From Mytilus trossulus (taxonomy: Eukaryota), in assembly GCF_036588685.1 (NCBI RefSeq), contig NC_086377.1, forward strand, positions 13,702,001 through 13,766,000: a stretch of 64,000 nucleotides of DNA, given 5' to 3'. Below are positions 39,401 to 53,600 of this stretch, in pieces; positions within the stretch are counted from its first letter, which is position 1, and each line of letters starts with the position of its first letter. A program made the position numbers and the translations under genes. The notes under the pieces are model-generated. The model saw nothing but the letters and a program-made list of their open reading frames with translations. It did no database searches and was not told where the DNA came from.

Positions 39401-42400
39401 CAATCACCGTATTGCGTTTTTTTTCACGTTTTCTATTTATTATGAATTATTTCAGGTATGTTTTGTGCAAAAACAGACAACAGAATCTGGTTCAGTTTTG
39501 TATGATTTAGGATGTGCATATGAGCAGGTATTTACAAAATACAAGATGTGTACTAAATATTCTGGACTGATGTAAAATTCGTTTTCATATCAGCAGTTTT
39601 TCTTATCTCTTTAACGGATTTTTACCTTTAAATACACATTTTTTAATATGCAGATGCAGGTCAACCATGATTTAATGCATCGTGATAAAATATCATCAAA
39701 ATCGAAAATAATGCATTTTGATTCTTACATCAATGAATCTTCTGTTTATTGTATCGCCTTATCCAACAATTTGTCAGTTTTGTAGACATAGCGTTGGCGG
39801 GATTTTAGGACGTCGAAGTGAAGGACATCACGTGTCTTGTACATCTTGTTGTAACGATACTTCAACTTGTAACATTGGTTTGAAATGTGAAAGTGATCAT
39901 CATGGAACAGGTAAAAGACAATCCGTCTTGACCGATTTATTCGTAGTAAAATATGTATTCGATGTTATATCAATATCACTGACATCCAACCAATCGATAT
40001 GCTTCTATCGTCTCCTCGATGCATGTTCACGTTGTGTAATGCTCGCCATGAGTGCGCAATGTCAATGGATCAAACTAAATAAATAAACTTGGTATATGCT
40101 CTTTTTTGGTAAGCACGCTGCATTTCGGAATTATCATGTGGTCCGATAAAGTGGCATATTTTCCCTGTTTAATACAAAGCAAGGTTGCTGTTCATGTTAC
40201 TTATACATGTTATCGTTCATAATTTGCGTTACATTTGTCATTAATTTGGTCAATAAATCGCAATATTGCAAAAATTTCAAAATGAAGATATCCTTTGAAA
40301 AGTGAGGAAATAACATGAAAATCTATCTACAGATCACGAAGATGTAAATAAATACTTCAGGTTGATGAAACTAGCATAATATATAATTTCTTTAAATAGA
40401 AAATACATGTTTTTTTTGTAAAGGTTATATATTTAAAGACGGATTAAACAAATTCGATGCAACTTTTATAGCATTATATTTCTTTACAATGTATATGAAT
40501 GCTTATATGTTTCGTACTGAATTTTGATTGTGTATGTACATTTTTTTTCAAAACAGGTTCCACCATGCCACGTGAATGTTCTGATATACAAGGACAGCAT
40601 CCTGATGGTGTTTATAAGATATACCCGGATGGAATGTCAGCAGTTTTTGTCTTTTGTGATATGCATACTGACAATGGAAAATGGACGGTAAATTTCAATT
40701 TATCATGTTTATTATGATCATAAAAACTAAAAATGATAACCAAATCCAAAACAATATCCCACTGATGCAAAACACGGAAAAACTATCCAGCATGTAAAAC
40801 AAAACTCCAGAAAATTTTCATTTGTATATCTTTCATGTTCTAGTAGCCTAATGTTCCAATCCTTTTGAAATATATTTATATTTCATATGTAAACTATGCA
40901 TCAATTGTGTGTTTCTTACGTGATCAATACAATTACAGACATTAAAATTATTGGTTTATCTTGAAGTATATCATATTTAAAAAGATAACCTTCATATAAA
41001 ACTAAAACAAATTAGTAAAATTCGATACTTTGATATGTCATCACGATAAACGTCATAGATTAAAACATTCGATTTAAACGTATTGCTTAAACATAATTAA
41101 GCCTTCTATATAGTCTGAAAATTTTGATAGTTACCATGTTTTCTGAATAAACAAAGTAGTTATGTAATTTACTGATGGCACTAATATGTATTTTGACATT
41201 CCCTCAGCAAAGATTTGGCTAATACATTTTGATTTTTGATTGCTTTCGATAAACTCAAATTCAAAATAGTTCCATCTCTTTTTTATCCGGATACATTCGT
41301 TCCATATGATATCAACCAACTTGCAACAGCGGATTTAAAGAGGATAGGGCGGGAGCCTCCCCTATTGAGCTTCATTTGTGATAAATGCATAGACATTTTA
41401 AAAGTTACAATCCAAACGTTGGCTTTCCAGGCCCCCTTTTCAAAATCCTGAATAAGCATATTTGTATCGACATCCTGACACCTCTACCAATAAATGCTTT
41501 GATTTACTAGAATAATTAGACTGTTGGTGCATGTATATAACCACCAACATACATAACCTTTTTATTGTGTTAGGTTATTCAAAGACGTATAAACGGATCG
41601 GTGAACTTTGAACAGAATTGGAAGACGTACAAAGAGGGCTTCGGTTATGCAAACGGTGAATATTGGTTAGGTAGGTTCTCTTTTATACTTCTTTCATTTG
41701 TAACACATAGTCAGATAAATGGCTATATAGATTTCATAACTAAGTCTTTTATACAGAGTATAGACGCTAATTATTGTGGACCAAATAAAGGCAACAGTAG
41801 TGTACCGCTAATCCAAAGTCATAAATAGATATAGACAAAACAAATTAGGTTTACAAACTAAATCCGAGGGAAACACACCAACCTTAAGAGAAAAAACAAA
41901 GGAACAACAAAAACACTGAAGTGAACAAAAACAAACGAGTACGCCTCACACACAGAAATGAAATATTAGATAACAACTGCCATTTTCATGACTTGGTAAA
42001 GGACATTTTAAGAAAAAGATGGTTGGTTGAACCTGTTTGTTTTGCCTTGCACATTTATGGCAATATTAAATATAACACTAAAATGACACCATAGCATGAC
42101 ACCATAGCATGACAGTAATACAGTAACAATATATGAAGGAACATTAAGAATTCGAACAAAATCGATCAAAACCATCGCACGTTTACTTCAGTAAAGTCTG
42201 AACAGCCAACCAACCTAGCAATCCCATATATTTCTTCTGCAATTAATTTTTAAAATTTTTATATACTAGATACGGACTATTATTTATAAAATATGTAACA
42301 CCTAACTGAACAGTTGTTTCATTGGCACATCTTCTTTTTTATTTATAATTCATGTTGACGACGGAATGTACATCATGTATGACCCTACGTTTAAAGGTTG

Positions 42401-43820
42401 TAAATTTATTGGTTGTATTTAACGTCCTAACACATCTGGAGTATTTTGCGGTGACAATTAAAAAAAAATTAACAACACTTCTTCAATATGTGCAATTATA
42501 TTCATCCCATTATATGCTTTTGTTTCATACACTTACTATTTCAGGCAATGATATAATACATGAAATAACCGTTCATAACCGACATGAATTAAGGATTGAC
42601 ATGGGTGACTTTGACGGTATCACTAAATACGCTAAATATACATTATTCAGTGTTGGGGATGAGACTAGTGAATACGAGTTGATGGTACTGGGATACACTG
42701 GAAATGCAGGTATATGTTAGCTCCGTTGTGTCCTTTGTTACATTCACATTACTTTATAACGTGTAACAGTACTTTTCTATCCCAAATTCCTGTAACTGTT
42801 TTGATGTTATATATGTTATTCTCATCGGAATTTGTCTAATGCTTAGTCCGTTTCTGTGTGTGTTACATTTTAATGTTGTGTCGTTGTTCTACGCTTATAT
42901 TTAATGCGTTTCCCTCAGTTTTAGTTTCTTACCCCGATTTTGTTTTTGTCCATGGATTTACGGGTTTTGACCAGAGGTATACTGTTGTTGCCTTTATTTA
43001 GCAACAACTTAAATATAATCTACAACAATAACATCCATGGACAATGAAAAGAAACGGCGCCTATGTTGATATTATTTCTTCATGTTAAAATCACAATGAA
43101 GCCTCTTGGGACGTTTGATAAAGAAACCCTAATGTGCAGTATGATACAGAGCTAAATAGGAAGTGAACTTACTACGATTAGCTTCACTGCAGACATTGAT
43201 ATGAATAACTCAAATCTTTAACAAATGTGTAAAACATATATAAATCGAAAAGGAATCTTATTAAAGGGTATTTAAAAAAAATCATTATATAATCACGAAA
43301 TTTATTTACAGATAATCTTTATAAAGAATGAACAAGAAATTGAACTTTGTAGTATCTGTGAAAACATTAGTCAATGTTTATGTTAAATCTAGAGACACTG
43401 TATGTAATACCTTCAAAATAATAGTCAAATAATCAAAATGTGGGAATTAATGGAAGAGCTGGTAATATCTAAATCTGGAAAACTGTTTTGTCAAATAACA
43501 TCTCCCTTCTCTATTTTATTTTATTTCAATCCAATTTATAAATTGATAGGGTAAAATTCAATTAAATTTCAGGAGACTCGATGGCTTATCATGATGGTAT
43601 GCTGTTTTCAACTTTTGATCGGGACAATGATAAGGATGTCAATAACTGTGCCAAGGCATGTCATGGAGGTTGGTGGTTCAAAGCTTGTCATCATGCTAAC
43701 CTAAACGGCCGTTACCTTTCGGGAACTAGTCCATATGCAGATGGAATAAATTGGTATGCATGGCATGGATTCTACTACTCTCTTAAATCCGTGAAAATGA
43801 TGATTAGAAAACTCCATTAA
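30417..43820 (+). CDS. Gene B: intact secreted three-finger (Ly6/uPAR-like) + FReD lectin, 331 aa
   Basis: Exons 30417-30483 (signal peptide [23 protein letters not shown], then CG|Q), 31539-31621, 39456-39527, 39778-39910, 40557-40687, 41574-41670, 42545-42709 and 43573-43820. All introns are GT/AG, the 996-nt frame is open, and the exon structure matches genes A and C. Confidence 0.93.
30503..30651. repeat. ~150-bp imperfect palindrome in gene B intron 1
   Basis: attgaatgcttctttttgtaac...aaaagcgttgaccg pairs with cggtcaacgctttt...gttacaaaaagatgcattcaat. Confidence 0.8.
32040..36535. repeat. 28/31-bp satellite (aaatgatgttttggtat[cat]agatgatatgt) in gene B intron 2
   Basis: About 4.5 kb of homogeneous monomers, mixing forms with and without the CAT insertion. 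Confidence 0.97.
36800..38880. repeat. 28-bp satellite (caatgaggatggtgtatggattatttgc) with higher-order blocks, gene B intron 2
   Basis: About 2.1 kb. Diagnostic variants recur at 392-bp and 560-bp spacing. Confidence 0.97.
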
Positions 43821-44004
43821 AGATTCATAAAAAAAATGTCTAGTATCTTATAACTTGTATAAGGAAGAGGAAAGTGATGCCTTTTATTTACGTTAAATAG
43901 TTTAATAGTAAAATTGTTGGCGGTATAAATATGAAACTTGTAAATGCAGGTGGGAAATGTTTATTTGATCAACCTACTGATAGTAGTCTATTGTTGTCCT
44001 ATAT

Positions 44005-44366
44005 AAAAAAGAAGATGTGCTATGATTGCCAATGAGACAACTATCCAGAAAAGACCAAAATGACACAGAAATTAACAACTATAGATCACCGGGTGGCCTT
44101 CATCAATGAGCAAAGCCCATACCACATAGTCAGCTATAAAAGGCCTCGATGAGACTATGTAAAACAATTCAAACGAGAAAACTAAAGGCCTTATTTATGT
44201 AAAAAAATGAACGAAAAACAAATATATAACACATAAACAAACGACAACCACTAAATTACAGGCTCCTGACTTGGGACAGGCACATACATAAATAATGTGG
44301 CGGAGTTAAACATGTTAGCGGAATCCCAACCCTTCCGCTAACTTGGGATAGTGGTATAACAGTATA
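44005..44366 (+). repeat. Abundant interspersed repeat (aaaaagaagatgtggtatgattgccaatgagacaact... family)
   Basis: Related copies or fragments at ~620-868, 27340-27481, 29560-30020 (-), 56750 and 62750-62910 (-). Confidence 0.8.
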
Positions 44367-44719
44367 GACGTCTTTTAATTGTTGTTGTTGAACCAACATG
44401 CCCAATAATCCACAAACTGAAACCAATAATTTTCGATTGTTATAAAAATCCGGCATTGTATTGTTTCCTTTTGATAATAAATATGCCATGAAAGAAATAT
44501 ATGTGAAAAAAATACTTTATGAAGAAGTCAGGAAACATAAAATGTATTTGACGCGTTTACTGTATATATAGCTATATTCATAATAAATTTAAAAAAAAAT
44601 ATTCTCATATCTTTATCATGGTTATACACCTGTTATGTAGAGTTGTCTTTGATCGTTTTTTAGGGATTATCTTCATAATGTAAATCGTGATAACTCCATT
44701 TCCAATGAAATATATGAAC

Positions 44720-44985
44720 CTATATATATAAGTACGTCTGAGTCAGTGACAACTCTACAACAGATTTATCCATCGGATCGCCATCAATGATGGTGATACA
44801 TGGCTGTGTACATAATGTATATACAACTCGTCTAAACATCAACCCAACAATGTTAGATCTGTAAATTTGCTTTCGCAAATTTTTGGTTCTTCCCTCGCCG
44901 GGATTCGAACCCATGCTACTGTGATATCGTGACACCAAATCGCCTGCACTGCAGCCGTCCCGCTAGACCACACGACCACCTGGGC
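44720..44985 (-). mobile_element. tRNA-derived SINE-like element
   Basis: Minus-strand head gcccaggtggtcgtgtggtctagcg (A box) followed by gggttcgaatccc (B box); no canonical cloverleaf. Confidence 0.7.
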
Positions 44986-45069
44986 TTCACAAAAGTGAAG
45001 CTTTCGGTGGGCATGTGTTACCTTTCCACGTCAGTTTTAATCTAGCGGCGTACTACAGTACATGATATA

Positions 45070-45270
45070 CCGTATAGCGGGTTATTTTCGCGATTTTCAT
45101 TGAATAAGGTATACGAAATATTTTTGCGGTTATTATTTTGGCGGTTTCGAAACTTTTATCAATACCTTTGCATGTACACTTTTAAATTGGCGGAATTTAT
45201 TTTGGCGATTTTGTTCTATCCGCGAAAATAAGCGAAAATTTACACCCCGCGAAAATAACCCGCTATACGG
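45070..45270. mobile_element. MITE with perfect 23-bp TIRs and TA TSD
   Basis: ta|ccgtatagcgggttattttcgcg ... cgcgaaaataacccgctatacgg|ta. Confidence 0.9.
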
Positions 45271-45904
45271 TATAAGGCATGTAGATGTTATTGTTACAGA
45301 TCAGCTAAATTATCTATAGTAATGGATCCTACAAATTCATGTAAGATACAGTCACAGAAAATAATTATATTCATAAGTACGTCTGAGTCAGTGAGACGGC
45401 TGTGTTTCTCAGTGTTCTTTGAATGTTTTGTTTTGTAGACAATTTTTGCTTGACTTTATAATATTTGCTTATTTCTACACCATTTTAATGGTCTCATGTG
45501 GCGATTGGCCGTATTGGCAATCATTCCACATATTGATCGTATAGTTTGTCGGCTCAATATTTTCGAAGATAGCGCTGTATCTATAGATGAGAAATATAAA
45601 CGTCGTAATTAAACTTTACGTATTGTTAAGAGATAATGTCATTAAACGGTGTACTTTTATCTTGTTTTATATTTGGATTTTGCATTCATGTGCACCGTAA
45701 GTCACTTAATATTAGTACGATATAAAGAATTTCCATATCGATTTTGATTTTACCCATACAAGGAAATGCTGTTGTAGAATATATATATACAAATATTGAA
45801 TTTCATTATTCATCAGAATAAAACATTTGCAAATGTATTTCAAATCAAACACAATATCACGCAAAACCATATTTCAACACATACTGTTGACCAAGAATGC
45901 TACA

Positions 45905-46705
45905 ATATCATCGTAAAAACTATCGGATAAACTTTATAAGTTACTTTGGTACATGTATGAGCATGAAAGTTGTAATTTTAAGTGGTTTAATTATGTAAAA
46001 TCTGTGTTTAATGATTGTGGCTTTTGTGAACTATATAATTTTCCGGAGCAAGTTGATTATAATTATAATTATATTAAAATTAATGTAAGGCAGCGTCTCC
46101 AGGACCAGTTTATTCAAAAATGGTTCTCAGATATAAACAATTCATCAAGGGGGGAATTTTATCTACACTTTAAAGAAGAGTTTTGCTTGGAACCATATCT
46201 GTTAAAATTAAGACGTGGTCATAGAGTAAACATATGTAAATTAAGGGTATGTAATACAAAGTTTCCCATCGAAACAGGAAGATGGAGAAATGTACCACGA
46301 AATGAAAGGATTTGTCCACTCTGTAAAGCTGGTCTTGGAGATGTATACCACTATATATGTAAATGTACCAACTGTGAAGTTAAGGATTTAAGGGGGAAGT
46401 TCATACCTCCATATTATTTAAAATATCCAAATGAAAAAAAAGTACTTGGCATGCTTAAAAATAGTAAAAGTAATGTGCTGTCTAAGCTGTCAATTTTTAT
46501 TCAAAAGGTAGAAAAGATGCTTGTCTAATTTAAAACTGTAATAAACACAAACTTATTTTTGAAGATGTATAATTTAAAAATGTATTCTGTTTGTATTATG
46601 AACTATGTTGTAATTAATATTGTGTATATAAATATGCTCCTGTTACGCAGTCTTCTGCGGCTGAGTGTTCTCTAAAAAAACTAAAAACTAAACTAAAACA
46701 AAAAA
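45905..46705 (+). mobile_element. 5'-truncated LINE ORF2 C-terminus with (ctaaaa)n tail, in gene C intron 1
   Basis: ORF 45953-46528 has QRLQDQFIQKW...FPIETGRW...RICPLC...DVYHYICKC, the same region as the 23479-24801 element. Confidence 0.88.
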
Positions 46706-48663
46706 TGTCAAAAAGCTTAAAGTGCACTGTTATTTGAACAGATATATTCCATGGCAATATGCACACCGTATTGCCGTCGTCGGAAGTAGGTTTTGTATCA
46801 GCTCGACTGCGTCCGTCATAATTTTCTTGGCCTCTATGAAAGGGAATTATTTAATATTTGGTCTCCAACTTTTAATGATGTATTGTAGCGAGTCCGCAAT
46901 TTATACATCTCTTATGTATCCACATTGTTTGTCGATAGCTTTTTGCAGTTATATCATCATTATTTCAGTATGTGGACAGATTTGTTTGTCATGTACCGGA
47001 GTAGAAACCTGATCCGATTGCCAACACGTTACAACTTGTACAAATGATGAGGTATGCATAATATAGCTTATGACAAAATAATTGAACTTGTCTGAATGAA
47101 AAAGAAATACAAATTATGCGCTGCTTGAATTTTATTTGCTGGATCGAAAAACAACTATGAGACAGGGCAACTTTCATCTGGATATAAAAAAAAACACAAG
47201 GAGATGTAGTATGATTGTCAATGGAACAAATATCCACAAGACTTCAAATGAAGTGAATGTAAGCAACTATAACTTAACTACCGAAAAACTTTCAACAGGA
47301 GAAAATCCATACCGTATCATCAGCTTTGTCATGTTTTCTATTACTTCAGGTATGTTTTGTCCAGAAGCACACCACAGAGTCTGGTTCAGTTTTGTATGAT
47401 TTAGGATGTGCGTATGAACAGGTATCTATAAAATACAAAATGTATATAAAAGAATCTGGACAAATGAAAAATTCATTCTCAAATTAGTATAACGGTATGA
47501 CATTACAATGCTTGCAAGGAGGTTATTGTTCACTTACTTACGGCGAATTATGCTCGATATTACGGATTTTGATGAAAAACGTGAACACCTACAATGCTTT
47601 GAACTACATCAAGCTATCCAAAGTCTTATATTAAGCTTTTACACTCACAGAGATACAGGCAATTAAGATAAAATTGTCAAATCATCTATAAATGTATTGA
47701 ATAAACTTTAAAAACATCCAAAAGTTACAAATATATTATTTTTGATATTCAGATGCAGTTTAACTACTTCTTACTTCATACATTTAAAAGAAAAAGAAAA
47801 ATTTCGCCCAATTACGTATACCTTGCTTTAATACATTCGGATTCTTAACATACCTTTTATTATTCAATCCATGGTAGTATTTTTAACACACATCTTTGTT
47901 AAGTTTTGCAGACACAGTATTGGAGGGATATTTGGAAGTCGAAGTGAAGGACATCACGTGACTTGTGAATCATGTTGTAATAACACAAGAACTTGTAATA
48001 TTGATTTGAATTGTGAAAGCGATCATCATGTAATAGGTAAATCTCACAAACCTTTGAGTACTCGGACTGATACAAATTATCTAATTTAATTAGTGGTTTT
48101 GCATTCATCAAAAGTTTGACTACGATTTCCGTACTCAGGCAGAAAATCATCCAATCAAAATACTAGAATTGATTAAATTACTATAACATCATATATATTT
48201 CAATGAATAAAAATATGTTAGATTTCAAAAGTATACCTGTTTTTTTGGTACTGTCAATATTGTTTATACAATTTAAACAGAGAAAAGATAAAAAGAGGAT
48301 AGAGGCATAGTTCAATGACATTGTGTCTTCATCAAATTGTCACTCGCATATCAGAGACAAACTAGTCACTGAATCCTGAAACTAAGCATACACGTATTTG
48401 TAAGCGAATTGTTTTTAAATATGAACTTATACATTCTACTGATAGTGATGTCTTTTGATCGCCTTTTAAGTGAAGCTATATAGTTTAATTGATAATACTT
48501 TTGTAAATTAAATTATCCATGAAATACAAAAAAATCTTAAATTGTCCGCTAATAAATTTTGAAAATTAAAATGAAACTAAATGTTTTAACTCTCTCAGAC
48601 AAAGATGACTTTCGATGGATTTGCTTTTCGAAGAGATTTTCGGTACCAGGACTATAATTTTGT

Positions 48664-48707
48664 ACGCCAGACACGCGTTTCGTCTACATAAGACTCATCA
48701 GTGGCGC
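48664..48707 (-). ncRNA. Type I hammerhead ribozyme (intact core) in a retrozyme fragment (~48640-48810)
   Basis: GCGCCA-CUGAUGA-GUC uuaugua GAC-GAAAC-gcgu-GUC^UGGCGU; stems I and II pair fully. Confidence 0.8.
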
Positions 48708-50425
48708 TCATATCAAAATATCTATAAAGCCAAACAAGTACAAAGTTGAAGAGCATTGAGGATCTAAAATTCCAAAAAGTTTTGACAAATACGGATAAGG
48801 AAATATATGACAACTCGTTCAGGTTTTAGGCATCCTTGTCTTTCAAATAAATGGCTTTGGTGAGGGTAAAACCAGAAAAGCGCTTCTTGGCATTACATTT
48901 TTAGAGTATCTTTTTCACATTTTTTGTACATGTCCAATTTTTAACATATACTTATTATTTACACAATTATTAAAAAAATAAATTATTCAGCTTAATTTGT
49001 GCTGATTTTGTACATTTCTGCCGGTTTAAACAGGGTCCACGTTGCCACGTGAATGTTCTGATATACAAGGACAGCATCCTGATGGTGTGTATAAGATATA
49101 TCCAGATGGAATATCAGCAGTTCCTGTGTTTTGTGATATGCATACCGAAAATGAAAAATGGACGGTAAATGTATACTCAATAATTACAAACAACACAGAC
49201 TATGATAGACTGACAATGAATATTTGTACAAAATAAAGTTTCAAAATAACAAGCTTCTAAACACTGTTATAAATTGATAATATATAACTTAAAAAGCATA
49301 ACAAATGTAGGTCCGTGTGCTTATTTTTGAGATATAAGCCATTGAAAATTTGGCGAGGAAAAAAATTCTCTAGACTTTTCGTACATTAAGCATTTGCACC
49401 CTTTTTCTAAATAAAATATATGAAAAAATAACCAAGATTTTAAACCATATTGTAATAACATTATGAAAATTAATTGGGAAAGTATTTAACGACACTACAT
49501 GGATAAAACCAGAGAATTCCAGATAGCTTGCAAACATCTGTAAGTGTGACAATTAGTTATTTTATTTCTGAGTCAAATTTTACCAATGCAATTTTAAAAA
49601 TTCATATTCTCCGTTCATTTGATTTATCTTGAAGAAGAGTCGAGATAACTTGTATTGCCTAAGCTGAAATAAATTGTAGGCACCATAATTACTACAATTT
49701 TGTAGACATTAAATCATGTAACATCAATTAATGTTTACCTTTATAATTGTTAGGTTATACAAAGACGTTTAAACGGATCGGTGAACTTTGAACAGAATTG
49801 GGATACGTACAAAGAGGGTTTCGGTTATCCAAACGGCGAATATTGGTTAGGTATATTTTGAATGAATAATATTGCATTGGTTAGACAGAATTAGTATGTA
49901 TTTCTTTCCTTGTACGACATATTCAGTTATCATGTGTTGTAGATTTCATCCCTTTTGCACAAGGGAACGGTCTATTTATGTAAGTTAAGCTAGCAATGGT
50001 TAATATTACATCGAATGCTATCAAACATGTACTCAATTTTTATTTTGAATGACGTTTCCGGAGTACCTGAGATTCTCCCGTTTTTTTAGTGGGCTAAGTA
50101 TTGCTCAATCTAGTTTTCTATATTGTGAGTCTGAATGCCCTCTTGGTATATTTTGTTTTTCTTTTACAGTCGACGTTAACGGGACATTTGAAATGTTTAA
50201 TTTGATCATCAAAAACGTATTGCATTAGCATATGGATAACATAACTGTATTTAAAGAGTTGCCCCCGTTAATTTTGGATTTGACGGTTGCAAATATTCGT
50301 TTGATGGGTCTGCTTTGCGCCGCATGTAAAATTGCATTTGTGACCGCCAAATCGCTAGTTGGCGATGAATAAATCTACAAATACATCTCTGTTATTTCTT
50401 CAGTTTAAGGCTTATGCTAGGTATG

Positions 50426-50668
50426 CTTATTATTTACACAATTATTAAAAAAATAAATTATTCAGCTTAATTTGTGCTGATTTTGTACATTTCTGCCGGT
50501 TTAAACAGGGTCCACGTTGCCACGTGAATGTTCTGATATACAAGGACAGCATCCTGATGGTGTGTATAAGATATATCCAGATGGAATATCAGCAGTTCCT
50601 GTGTTTTGTGATATGCATACCGAAAATGAAAAATGGACGGTAAATGTATACTCAATAATTACAAACAA
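50426..50668 (+). repeat. Exact 243-bp copy of gene C exon 5 with intron flanks (source 48951-49193), between 21-bp direct repeats
   Basis: Identical sequence at offset 1475. aaggcttatgctaggtatgct occurs at 50407-50427 and 50667-50687. Confidence 0.93.
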
Positions 50669-53600
50669 GGCTTATGCTAGGTATGCTCGTTGCCTTTATT
50701 TAGCTGTCATATCGACAGAATATCACATACTTCTACTACAATAGTCAGCTTTGAAATTTTAGTCATAGGAAACAATACGAAGGTGTGCCAAAATGTATTC
50801 AAATAAATGATACAAGTCTTACAGAAAGATGTGGTTTTTAAAGATTTTTTTTTTTATAACCTTTATAAGTTTTGATTAAAATAAGTAATTCTATTTCAAA
50901 ATATGTCTTGTACCTTCGACTATACTATTATACTGTTCCAAGCATACACCTGTACAAAAAAAAAATATCAAATCCAACAGAATACTCCAAAAACCTATTT
51001 TTTATATAATCCTTCCGATGTTTATTTTCAAAATTTTCAGGCATTAAGCTTATTTCCTGAAATCTGATGATGATTATTCATTCTATTGCCAAACATAATT
51101 TTAGGCAATAAGTAAACTCTGGAATTTATGCATATTGGGTAATTTTTTCTTGATATAGAGTCGTTTCTTAATAATATTTCTAATTCTACATTTATGAACA
51201 TACATTCATTTGACAGATCTTCGAATTTAGTAAGTTTATTTAGTAATTTGCATTTGAAAAACAGAATTAACTCATACTTTTTTTCTTGTTTGTGTGGTAT
51301 TACCAAGTATCAAAAAGACTTAAAAAATGTAATTGTATCAAATTGAAAAAGAATAATTCTGTAGAATAATAATAATTATATTTCTTTAAAAATTTGTACA
51401 CTTCATTAGACGAGCTGGTTTGAACTGGTCAAAAGTAGACCAAATTAAGATATTATTTTTTTTATCACATCATTTTTCTTTATTTTATTGGATACGTAAA
51501 TTATCTTTGTTTATAGTTCCACAATTTTTGATAACAAAATGATTTTCTAACACTAATTTCTATCAAGTTTTTATATTTCTAAAATATTATTTGATGCACT
51601 TAAATATAAATAACAAATTTTACTAGGTAATTTATTTCTGGTCTCTTGTGGAGATTTGTTATATTGGCAATCATGCCACATCTTTGTTTTTTATATTTAG
51701 GATGACACTGGGCTCTGTACTTTTGCATCGTTAAAATCGGTGAAACTCGAGTTTGTTCTTCTGCTCATTTTCAAACGTAGGTTATTTTTTGCAGTAATAA
51801 AATAAAATAGTTGAAGTATTCAGTATTTATATGAAAGATGCACGATATTTTCCTATGATCTTTTAAGTACGAAACCGTGACGTTTCGAATTCAGGTCCCT
51901 CAAAACATAAAATGATTTTACCGATTACATATTTAATTTCAATTATTTACAATTCTAATATAAAACGTAGTCATATTTTTTTACTTATATTTTGTTTCAA
52001 AAAGTTTAAATCTACAATTATAATATAAACATTATTTATAACTGTTTATTTAAAACTAATAATTATTTTCTAATAATTAATTAAAATTTTCGGTTGAATT
52101 TGATACAATATATATTTTTTTTCATTTGCTATTTTTTTTACGCCAATACTTAGGACATCCCAGCTATTAAAATCCTCTGATAACTTCGATATGCAGCATG
52201 TTGAGAAATGTCGTAATTCGATCCTAACTACTAATATGTCATCATTTCTGTCCTAAAAATATCTCACAAGACTAATCTTGGGACAGTGTCGATAAACAAG
52301 CCACAGTTTTGATAATGTTATGTATGTTATTTACTCGCATTTACATTTTAGGTAATAAGCTTAATGCCTGCACACATTTTTCAGGATATAAGCTTAAATC
52401 CTAGGAGTTAATACTAATGCATAACATCATTTAGGCAATGGACTTACTGCCTAGGCGTTAGCTTATTGCATAGGATTTAAGCTTAATGCCTAATTTCACT
52501 TATTGCCGCTAACATATATTATAACGCAATTTCCAGAAACTTCCAATCAAATTGTGAACAACTCCATTTTTATTTTTTGATTTCTACAATACTTTTAACC
52601 AGAAAATCAACCTTTACGGTTTACGGTTAGTTATATATCAATTGAGGTTGATAAACGTCTTTTGTCAGAGTGATAACATTTCTTTTTTGACATCAATTTT
52701 CATAAATATTTACACATACCACCAATTATTTGAGATTCTTCATACATAATTTATGATATATTTTATTAGGAAATAATATTATTCATGAGCTAACCGTCCA
52801 TAACCGCCATGAACTGAGAATTGACATGGAAGATTTTGAAGGTCACACCAAATACGCTAAATATTCATTATTTAGTGTTGGGGACGAGGCAAGTGAATAC
52901 GAGATGACAGTGCTTGGATACAGTGGTGATGCAGGTATTTATATCGCTAACAAATCTTATTTATAATTTAAAATAAATAAAACTCTTGCAATCAGTGTGT
53001 ATTTAGCAGTGACATGACTTATACTATGCTTGCTTTTGTTGCATTAATGCAAATAAATGACATAAATGCTGACATTGAACTTATACAAACATATCAAGAA
53101 ACTAGACTAAAGTATAAACAAATCGAGAAATTATTTACAATATTACAATTTAGTACACATTTTCCCTATGAAATTATCTTTCTAATTCTAATGGAAAATA
53201 CGAGTTTTTATCCAAATTTCACGATCCACTGAACATAGAAAATGGAACTTTTCCGCTATAGGTTAAAGGTCAATTAAGGAAGTTTCAGGTAACGTCTAAC
53301 CAATTTAAAACTTAGTTCACATGTTTCCTATGATATTATCTGTTTAATTTTAACTATAATGATAGTGCGAGTTGGCAATGCTTGTACTATGGGCACATTC
53401 GAGTTACAACATAGACATAGTTTGCAGAAGTCATATGAGGCATATCCTGTTGTAATATTTGGTATATTCACATACCAAATGATCTTTAACTTCATAATTG
53501 ATTGGTATTACAACTTTTTGATTTAAGTATCCAGTGTCATATGTGTATGTCCATGGATAGGAGTCTTCAGTCAAATGTTGCCATATGTTGGTGTTTGCAA

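Noticed and set aside
47010-47012. In-frame TGA as selenocysteine or readthrough
   Set aside because: It aligns with Arg (CGA) in both paralogs, a typical CpG transition, and the gene has other lesions.
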